Shown: positions 1 through 6,019 of the stretch, one piece after another
Numbering within the stretch: the first letter of the stretch is position 1
How the letters are laid out: every line of letters starts with the position of its first letter
Source of the DNA: Candidatus Krumholzibacteriota bacterium
GTDB lineage: Bacteria; Krumholzibacteriota; Krumholzibacteriia; LZORAL124-64-63
Assembly: GCA_039714075.1 (NCBI GenBank)
Contig: JBDLKA010000093.1
Span: 1-12,914 of the forward strand
Length of the DNA stretch: 12,914 bases
Direction of reading: 5' to 3'
The notes under the pieces: model-generated
What the model was told of the DNA's origin: nothing
What the model saw: only the letters and a program-made list of their open reading frames with translations
Database searches by the model: none
Position numbers and translations under genes: made by a program

Positions 1-468
1 ATTGGGCAGGAAACCTGCCACGCGGTCCCCCGGGCCCACCCCGTCGGCGGCCAGACCGTCCGCCACCCGGGCCACGGCCCGCCGCAGTTCGGCGTAGTCC
101 AACCGGCGGGTGTCCCCCGATTCGCCTCGCTCTTCGCCCAGGAACACGATCGCTTCGGCTTCGTCGGAACCCTGCAGAAGATTTTCCGCGTAGTTGAGAC
201 GGGCTTCGGGAAACCAGCGGGCCCCCGGCATGCGGTCGCCGTCGATTACGGCCGGCCGGCCGGGACCATCCCCCACCACTCCGGCAAATTCCCACAGCGC
301 GCGCCAGAAGGCGGGGCGGTCGTCCACCGACCATCCATGCAACGCCGCGTAATCGGCAAGATCAAGACCCAGACGTTGATTGACGTCACGGCGGAACCTG
401 GTGACAAGGGCCGCGTCGATCCGCCCGGGAGCGGGCGTCCACAGGATTTCGCCCGTCCCGGAATCCAT
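1..468 (-). CDS. Acetoacetate--CoA ligase (acetoacetyl-CoA synthetase), N-terminal 156 codons; continues beyond the left edge
   Basis: Not in the ORF track; translated by hand from ATG at 468-466: MDSGTGEILWTPAPGRIDAALVTRFRRDVNQRLGLDLADYAALHGWSVDDRPAFWRALWEFAGVVG...DGDRMPGARWFPEARLNYAENLL...LDYAELRRAVARVADGLAADGVGPGDRVAGFLPN. The LWTP, DYxxLHxWSV..FW, MPGARWFPxARLNYAENLL and GVxxGDRVAGFLPN motifs are typical of this family. The ATG overlaps the fahA stop (TGATG), and acetoacetate is the FahA product. Confidence 0.9.
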   Translation of the reverse strand, partial: MDSGTGEILWTPAPGRIDAALVTRFRRDVNQRLGLDLADYAALHGWSVDDRPAFWRALWEFAGVVGDGPGRPAVIDGDRMPGARWFPEARLNYAENLLQGSDEAEAIVFLGEERGESGDTRRLDYAELRRAVARVADGLAADGVGPGDRVAGFLPN

Positions 469-1751
469 CAGGCTTCCCGCGCGGGCAAAACCATGCCGCT
501 GACCTCACCGAAACCCACCCGGTACCCGTCGCCCTGGCACCAACCGGTCATGGTCACCGTGTCGCCGTCGGCCAGGAATTTGCGCTCGCCGCCGCCGGGC
601 AGGTTGACCGGTTCGGTGCCCCGCCAGGTGATCTCCAGCATGGACCCGTAACTGCCCTTGTCCGGCCCGCTGATCGTGCCGCTGGCCAGCAGGTCGCCCG
701 TGCTCATGTTGCAGCCGGTGCTCGTGTGGTGGGCCAGTTGCTGCGCCATGGTCCAGTAGAGGTGTTTGAAATTGCTGGCGCAGACGCGCAGGCCATCGTC
801 CTGTCCTTCGGCCGTGATGTGGACCTCCAGATTGATGTCATAGGTGCCCCGGTCCGACTCCTTCATGTAGTCCAGCGGCTCGGGATCCTGCACCGGCGCT
901 TTGCAACGGAAAGGAGCCAGGGCGTCGAGCGTGACCACCCAGGGCGAAATGCTGGTCGCGAAGTTCTTGGCGTTGAAGGGGCCGAGGGGCTGGTACTCCC
1001 ACTTCTGGATGTCCCGCGCGGACCAGTCGTTGACCAGGACCAACCCAAAGATATGCCCGTCGGCATCGTTGACGGCCACCGGACTGCCCTGCTGATTGCC
1101 GCCGCCCACGAAAAAACCCATCTCCAGTTCGAAATCCATCAGGCGGCAGGGACCGAACACCGGCGCGGCGCCCTCCGCGGGCAGTGTCTGGCCGTGCGGC
1201 CGGACCACCGGCTGCCCGGACAGGATGACCGAGCTGGCCCGTCCGTGATAACCCACCGGCAGGTGCAGCCAGTTGGGCATCAGGGCGTTGTCCTTGCCCC
1301 GGAACATGATGCCCACGTTGGTGGCGTGCTCCTTCGAGGAGTAGAAATCCGTGTAGTCGGGAATGCCGACCGGAAACTGCAGCGTCACCGCATCGACCGG
1401 CAGCAACGCCCGCCCCCGCAGCACGGGATCGTCACGCAGGGTCGGCTCTTCCTCGCGCAGCAGACCGTGGATCAACAGGCGGGTGATCCTGTGCTGCTCC
1501 CGGTCCAGTTCCATGAAAGGATTCAAAACCGGATAGCTGAAGATGCCCTCGGGCAGCCCTGCGCTGTCCAGCAGGCCGCTGTTCTGGATGACCGCCAGAT
1601 CCAGGACCTGGTCCCCGATGCGGACACCGACCCGCGGTTCATCCGCCGGTGTCGGGGAGAAAACCCCGTAAGGCAGATTCTGCAGGGGAAAATGGGATTC
1701 CGGAGCGACCGGCACGAAGGATTTGGCTGCGGGATCGACGGTGGGATCCAT
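468..1751 (-). CDS. fahA: Fumarylacetoacetase (fumarylacetoacetate hydrolase), 427 aa
   Basis: Motifs HFPLQNLPYGVF, DYTDFYSSKEHATNVG, NWLHLPVGYHGRASS, DFELEM, NDWSARDIQKWEYQPLGPF.AKNF, GDLLASGTISG, GSMLE and GFGE. Start moved from the track's 1910, which overlaps the upstream gene, to ATG 1751 preceded by AAAGGA. Confidence 0.96.
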   Translation of the reverse strand: MDPTVDPAAKSFVPVAPESHFPLQNLPYGVFSPTPADEPRVGVRIGDQVLDLAVIQNSGLLDSAGLPEGIFSYPVLNPFMELDREQHRITRLLIHGLLREEEPTLRDDPVLRGRALLPVDAVTLQFPVGIPDYTDFYSSKEHATNVGIMFRGKDNALMPNWLHLPVGYHGRASSVILSGQPVVRPHGQTLPAEGAAPVFGPCRLMDFELEMGFFVGGGNQQGSPVAVNDADGHIFGLVLVNDWSARDIQKWEYQPLGPFNAKNFATSISPWVVTLDALAPFRCKAPVQDPEPLDYMKESDRGTYDINLEVHITAEGQDDGLRVCASNFKHLYWTMAQQLAHHTSTGCNMSTGDLLASGTISGPDKGSYGSMLEITWRGTEPVNLPGGGERKFLADGDTVTMTGWCQGDGYRVGFGEVSGMVLPAREA

Positions 1752-1770
1752 GGTGGAGATCCATCCTTTC

Positions 1771-1798
1771 AAAAAAAGTTGAGGGCGCCGAAGCCCCT
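1771..1798 (-). terminator. Weak intrinsic terminator/processing-like hairpin between the unknown gene and fahA
   Basis: Minus strand reads AGGGGC-TTCG-GCGCCCT: a 6-bp stem with one bulge and a cUUCGg tetraloop, followed by CAAC and T7. Confidence 0.4.
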
Positions 1799-1800
1799 GA

Positions 1801-2763
1801 TCACAAAATGCCCAGAGTGCGCAGATCTTCGCGGGGCTCGGCGAAGGAGCAGCTGCCGAATCCGGCCAGGAATCCGGCGCGGGCCCGGTCCAGGTCGGCG
1901 ACCGCCACAAAATGCTCCCGCCAGGTGAATCCTTCCGCGGAAAACGTGAATGCTTCCGGATCCGTTTCCGCCACGCAGGCGGTCAGGACTTCCCGGTCCA
2001 CCGCCGCGGCATGGGCCAGGATACCTGCTCCGAACACGTTCAGGAACCCGTGCATCATCACCGGCGGCTGAACAGCCTGATGCCGCACGGGATGGTGCAG
2101 ACCGGCGGTGCATTTCAGGGGCAGCCCCAGACGGCGGCAGGTGTCGATGAAGGCGGCGATCCGTTCGCAACCCGGAAACGCTTCCGGGACGACTCCGCCA
2201 CAGCGCAGTTTGGCGCCGAGACGGGAAAACCGTTTTTCGAAGGCCGCCAGGGCGTTGATCGCCTCGAGCACCCGGGTGTCGTCGACCCCCGGCAGGATTT
2301 CCAGATAGAGTTCGCGCCCGTCCAGTCCCGCCGCGGCGAAAGCCTCGACGTACGCGCTCAGGAAATTGGCCGTATCGGGCCCGGAACCCTCCACCGGCAG
2401 GGGCGCTTCCAGGACCTCGACCCTGGCCCGGCCCCCGAAGCGCGCTTCAAAAGCCGCCACGGCCCGGCCCTGGGTTTCGGCTGCGGCCAAAGCCTCGTCG
2501 ACCCCGTCACGGCCTCCGACGAGAACCGAAAATCTCCATTCCCGACCCTGGTTCAGATGCGGTGCGCAGGTGTCGCCCAGTTCCTCCAGGCGGCCCGCCG
2601 GGACGATGAACCGCCCCAGCATCCAGGCTTCCTTTTCCTCCAGATGAGCGGCGTATTCCGCCACCGCCGCGGCCATGTCGAGGGAAGCGGGGGGAAATAG
2701 TCCGGCGTAGTCCACCAGACCACCCATGAAAGAACGAATGGCGGCAGGTTCGCGCGCACTCAC
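1801..2763 (-). CDS. Conserved hypothetical protein (320 aa) inside the homogentisate operon; candidate maleylacetoacetate-processing enzyme
   Basis: GTG start overlaps the hmgA stop (GTGA, 2763-2760), and codon usage matches the neighbours. Enzyme-like motifs: LVDYAGLFPPASL, MLGRFIVP, AKLRCGG, KCTAGLHHPVR, HGFLNV and FGSCSF.EP. The CDS is confident; the function is unknown. Confidence 0.85.
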   Translation of the reverse strand: MSAREPAAIRSFMGGLVDYAGLFPPASLDMAAAVAEYAAHLEEKEAWMLGRFIVPAGRLEELGDTCAPHLNQGREWRFSVLVGGRDGVDEALAAAETQGRAVAAFEARFGGRARVEVLEAPLPVEGSGPDTANFLSAYVEAFAAAGLDGRELYLEILPGVDDTRVLEAINALAAFEKRFSRLGAKLRCGGVVPEAFPGCERIAAFIDTCRRLGLPLKCTAGLHHPVRHQAVQPPVMMHGFLNVFGAGILAHAAAVDREVLTACVAETDPEAFTFSAEGFTWREHFVAVADLDRARAGFLAGFGSCSFAEPREDLRTLGIL

Positions 2764-3929
2764 TCGCCGTCCCCTTCCAGCCAGGAATCCCCGTAGGCGG
2801 GATCTTCGGCCACCAGGGCGCTCTTGGCCACCGACAAGGGCGCGAAGGTATCGATCATCACGGCCAACTCGTCGGTCTTGGCCACCCCGATGGAATCTTC
2901 GGTCCGGCCCGGCTGGGGCCCGTGGGGAAGTCCGTCGGGATGCAGGGTGATCGACCCCTGCTCGACGTCCGCGCGGCTCATGAACTCGTCGTTGCAGTAG
3001 TAGAGCGCCTCGTCGGTCATCACGTTGGAGTGGTTGTACGGGGCCGGCACCGCTTCGGGATGGAAGTCGTACAGGCGCGGCACGAACGAGCAGATGACGA
3101 ACCCGTCGCCCTCGAAGGTCTGGTGCACCGGCGGCGGCTGGTGGACGCGGCCCACGATCGGCTCGAAGTCGTGGATGTTGAAGGCCCAGGGATAGTAGCA
3201 GCCGTCCCAGCCCACGGTGTCGAAGGGATGGTGGTCCATGATCACGCGCTGGCAGGTGTCGTCCACCCGGGTGATCACTTCGAATTCCCCGGTCTCATCG
3301 TGGACGGGCAGTTCCTCGGGCGCCCGGATGTCGCGCTCGCAGAACGGACTGTGCTCCAGCAGCTGCCCGTGCTGGCCGCGGTACCGCTTGGGCGTGCGGA
3401 TATAGCCCCGGCTCTCCATGACCAGGTGGATCTGCTGTCCGTCGCCGGGAACCAGACGGTGGACGATGCCGCGCGGGATGACCAGGTAATCGCCCTCACG
3501 GTAGGTGACGTTGCCGAACTGCGATTCGAGCACCCCGCCCCCCCGCGTCACGTAGATCACTTCGTCGGCCCGCGCGTTGCGGTAGAAATAGTCATCGGCC
3601 GCCGTCGGCTTGACCAGGGACACCCGGATGTCCGCGTTGAACAGCAGGTGCGCCCGGTTTTTGACGGCGCTGCCTCCGCCCGTCTCCAGACGGTGGGACT
3701 TGATGTGGCGCATTTTCAGGGGATCGCCGGACACGGCCTCCCAGGGAGCGGACCAGGCCTCCTCGATGACCTTGACCGTGGTGGGCCGCCGCAGGGTGTA
3801 CAGCAGCGACTGCAGCCCGGTGAACCCGAGGTTTCCCATCAGGTGCTCGTAGTAGATCGACCCGTCGTCCTTGCGGAAGGCCACGTGCCTTTTGGCGGGG
3901 ATCCGGCCCAGTTTGTGGTAGTAGGGCAT
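2760..3929 (-). CDS. hmgA: Homogentisate 1,2-dioxygenase, 389 aa
   Basis: N-terminus MPYYHKLGRIPAKRH; motifs LLEHSPFCERD, HPFDTVGWDGCYYPW, GRVHQPPPVHQTF and FVICSFVPR. Fe ligands lie in PYNHSN..DE and LHPDGLPHGP. The ATG overlaps the hppD stop (TGATG at 3931-3927). Confidence 0.96.
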   Translation of the reverse strand: MPYYHKLGRIPAKRHVAFRKDDGSIYYEHLMGNLGFTGLQSLLYTLRRPTTVKVIEEAWSAPWEAVSGDPLKMRHIKSHRLETGGGSAVKNRAHLLFNADIRVSLVKPTAADDYFYRNARADEVIYVTRGGGVLESQFGNVTYREGDYLVIPRGIVHRLVPGDGQQIHLVMESRGYIRTPKRYRGQHGQLLEHSPFCERDIRAPEELPVHDETGEFEVITRVDDTCQRVIMDHHPFDTVGWDGCYYPWAFNIHDFEPIVGRVHQPPPVHQTFEGDGFVICSFVPRLYDFHPEAVPAPYNHSNVMTDEALYYCNDEFMSRADVEQGSITLHPDGLPHGPQPGRTEDSIGVAKTDELAVMIDTFAPLSVAKSALVAEDPAYGDSWLEGDGE

Positions 3930-5005
3930 CAGAGGTTCCCCCGCAGGGCCTGCTCCTGCTCGATCGTCACGAACAGCGCCTTGAAGTTGCCCTTGCCGAA
4001 GCTGTCGCTGCCCCGGCGCTGGATGATCTCGAAGAACAGGGTGGGCCGGTCCTGCAGCGGCCGCGTGAACAACTGCAGCAGATAGCCATTTTCATCGTGG
4101 TCGACGAGGATGCCCAGATCCTTGATGCGCTCCTTGTCCTCGCTCACCTCACCCACCCGGTCCCAGACGGTGTCGTAGTATCCGTCGGGCACCGCCAGGA
4201 ACTCCACCCCGTTTTCGCGCAGGGCGGCGATGGTCGCCAGGATGTCGTCGGTGCTCAGCGCCAGGTGCTGCACGCCGGCGGTCAGGTTGGCGTCGATGTA
4301 TTCCTGGATCTGGCTTTTCTTCAGGCCCTCGGCCGGTTCGTTGATCGGAAACTTGATCACGCGGTCGTCCGAGGCGACCACGGTGCTGCGCAGGGCGGTG
4401 TAATCGGTGCAGATGTCCTTGTCGTCATAGGAGACGAATTTACCCAGGCCCAGGACTTCGTCGTACCACTTGACCCACCGGTCCATCTGCAGATCCGAAA
4501 CGTTGCCCACGATGTGGTCGATGCACTGCAGACCGGTGCTGCGCCCCTTGATCTCCCGGATTTCGAAGCCCGGCAGAAAACCTTTGTAGCCGTCCCGCTG
4601 GATGAAGGTATGCAGCACCTCGCCGTAGGTCCTGATGGCGGCCGTCTGCACCGTGCCCAGATCGTCGCCCCAGGCGTGAGGCGCGCTTTCGCCGGTCGCG
4701 CCCGCGGCGGTGGCCTGCTCGAACACCGAAGCCGTATTTTCGACCTCGAACGCGATGTCCCGGACGCCGTCACCGTGCATGGTCAGCCAGGTGTTCATGG
4801 GGTCGTCGTGCCGCAGGGGGGTGGTCAGGATCATCCAGATATCGCCCTGTTTCATGGCATAGGAAACCGTTTCGGGAGTGCCCGTTTCGGGGCCCCGGTA
4901 GGCGACCTGGTCGAAACCGAAGGCCTGGCGATAGAAAAAGGCGGCCTGCTTGGCGTTGCCGACCACCATTTCGACGTGGTGAATGCGCTTCAATCCCTGG
5001 GACAT
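3929..5005 (-). CDS. hppD: 4-hydroxyphenylpyruvate dioxygenase, 358 aa
   Basis: Motifs HHVEMVVGNAKQAA, HGDGVRDIAF, IDHIVGNV, KFPINEP..G.KKSQIQEY, GVQHLAL, GYLLQLFT and RPTLFFEIIQR.G..FGKGNFKALF (His/His/Glu Fe triad). SD AAAGGAG upstream of the ATG. Confidence 0.97.
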   Translation of the reverse strand: MSQGLKRIHHVEMVVGNAKQAAFFYRQAFGFDQVAYRGPETGTPETVSYAMKQGDIWMILTTPLRHDDPMNTWLTMHGDGVRDIAFEVENTASVFEQATAAGATGESAPHAWGDDLGTVQTAAIRTYGEVLHTFIQRDGYKGFLPGFEIREIKGRSTGLQCIDHIVGNVSDLQMDRWVKWYDEVLGLGKFVSYDDKDICTDYTALRSTVVASDDRVIKFPINEPAEGLKKSQIQEYIDANLTAGVQHLALSTDDILATIAALRENGVEFLAVPDGYYDTVWDRVGEVSEDKERIKDLGILVDHDENGYLLQLFTRPLQDRPTLFFEIIQRRGSDSFGKGNFKALFVTIEQEQALRGNL

Positions 5006-5041
5006 GCAGATCTCCTTTGAAAAAAGATGGAATCAGGACAC

Positions 5042-5070
5042 GATGTAGCGAGGTTTGGTCGGATTGTCAA
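5042..5070 (-). promoter_or_regulatory. Sigma70-like promoter of the hppD operon
   Basis: Minus strand TTGACA (5070-5065), 17-bp spacer, TACATC (5047-5042), about 37 nt upstream of the hppD ATG. The -35 is perfect, the -10 imperfect. Confidence 0.55.
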
Positions 5071-5159
5071 TTGTTCTCGAGGGGCAATCCCTTATTTAGG
5101 CAAAATAACTCTTGTTTATCCTTTAAGCCAATTTTCCCTTTTAATGGGTATTTATTCAT

Positions 5160-5315
5160 TTGTGCCTTCGAAATTGTGTCTGTCCCTATTGAAGGCCAAA
5201 ACATCAAAAAGAGGTGTCCCCGGGGGCACCTCTTTTTGCCATTTCGTTATGGTTGTCGCCAAATTCCATCACCATGATCTGCAATCCGGTGTGGGACACA
5301 ATTTCAAAGGCACAA
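5160..5315. repeat. 21-bp inverted repeat pair (1 mismatch) spanning 156 bp
   Basis: 5160-5180 TTGTGCCTTCGAAATTGTGTC (reverse complement GACACAATTTCGAAGGCACAA) versus 5295-5315 GACACAATTTCAAAGGCACAA: 20/21 identical. Confidence 0.85.
5205..5238. terminator. Bidirectional intrinsic-terminator-like hairpin
   Basis: CAAAAAGAGGTGTCC-CCGG-GGGCACCTCTTTTTG: a 12-bp perfect outer stem plus G-U and 2 C-G pairs, with a T5 tract after the stem on both strands. Confidence 0.7.
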
Positions 5316-5474
5316 CCCAACCAATCCAATCATATCCGGTCCCGGCGAAAACCACCCCCGACCGGCACCCCCGCAGGATTGACGATATATTGGACTACGT
5401 CCGGACCATGCACGGTTCGGCGATGGAAATATCCATCCCGGATCAGGACCTAACCTTATGGAGGGAAAATCGTC

Positions 5475-5678
5475 ATGAGTATCGTAAAGGTCATCGAAGT
5501 GATCGCCTCATCCCCGAATGGTTGGGCGGGAGCCGCCCAGAAGGCCGTGGAAGATGCGGGAAAAAGCGTCAAGAACATCAAGCACTTCTACGCGGAGAAC
5601 CTGACCGCCAAGGTCGAGGACGGCCAGATCACCGAGTACCGCATCAACGGCAAGATCTCGTTCGTGGTGAAGGACTGA
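5475..5678 (+). CDS. Dodecin-family small protein (flavin/cofactor-binding fold), 67 aa
   Basis: MSIVKVIEVIASSPNGW..AAQKAVEDA.KSVKNI...V.DGQITEYRINGKISF matches the dodecin pattern KxIExxxxSxxxW..A...A...A.KS...I...YRxxxKxSF. SD GGAGGG at 5460-5465. Confidence 0.88.
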   Translation: MSIVKVIEVIASSPNGWAGAAQKAVEDAGKSVKNIKHFYAENLTAKVEDGQITEYRINGKISFVVKD

Positions 5679-5679
5679 G

Positions 5680-5896
5680 TCAACCGCCGAACAGCTTGCC
5701 CAGCAGGCCGCTTTTCCGGGCCAGGTTTCCCAGGTCCCCCAAGTCCAGGTCGCCGTCGCCGTCGGTGTCCAGGAATCCCTCCACGTCATCCAGGATACCC
5801 CCGTCGTGATCCCTGTTCAGGGCGGCAGTAAGCGATTCCGCCCCGGTTCGCATCAGGTCGGCCCCCCAACCAGACAGTGCGGCACCAAAAGTCCAT
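5680..5896 (-). pseudogene. Degenerate DUF937-like gene remnant; intact 57-aa ORF at 5853-5680
   Basis: Manual translation of the frame ending in TGA 5682-5680: ..GAALSGWGADLMRTGAESLTAALNRDHDGGILDDVEGFLDTDGDGDLDLGDLGNLARKSGLLGKLFGG*. ALxxDHDGxILDD and LDxDGDG...GLLGKLFG are, from memory, the N-terminal and C-terminal signatures of DUF937 proteins, here abutting directly. The upstream ATG at 5896 (MDF) is out of frame. Confidence 0.6.
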
Positions 5897-5962
5897 TTCC
5901 TGAGCGGTAGGATATCAGCATCGGCCCATCATGGTAAGGGCCCCCGGCGGCCATAATTGATA

Positions 5963-5973
5963 TGTGGTATAAT
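5963..5973 (+). promoter_or_regulatory. Extended -10 promoter for the L,D-transpeptidase gene
   Basis: TGTGGTATAAT is an exact match to TRTGnTATAAT, in an AT-rich patch. It argues against the track's TTG start at 5957. Confidence 0.6.
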
Positions 5974-6019
5974 TAATAATGAACATATGGCCGGTTTTTT
6001 TGGGGATGGTTCGTTTCAG

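Noticed and set aside
726..5020. Long plus-strand ORFs 726-1928, 1912-2700, 2922-4085 and 4097-5020
   Set aside because: Antisense shadows of fahA, X, hmgA and hppD; stop-poor frames are expected with high GC3 bias, and there are no recognisable motifs.
5275..5300. TGATCT-N13-GGACAC resembling an IS3-family end, and GTGGGACACAA resembling part of a c-di-GMP-I riboswitch
   Set aside because: No transposase or target duplication, and the inward-facing geometry is wrong for an IS. The riboswitch GGCAAA/GNRA P2 elements are absent.
5160..5316. CRISPR repeat/anti-repeat (tracrRNA-like) reading of the GTTGTG.../...CACAAC boxes
   Set aside because: Only two copies, inverted, 21 bp, with no spacer array and no cas genes in the window.
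5379..5409. TTGACG as the -35 of a dodecin promoter
   Set aside because: No credible -10 hexamer at 16-18 bp spacing.
5027..5809. 260-aa ORF across the spacer and dodecin, plus 5017-5277 and 5214-5453
   Set aside because: They run through a promoter, a terminator hairpin and an out-of-frame real gene, with atypical composition and no motifs.
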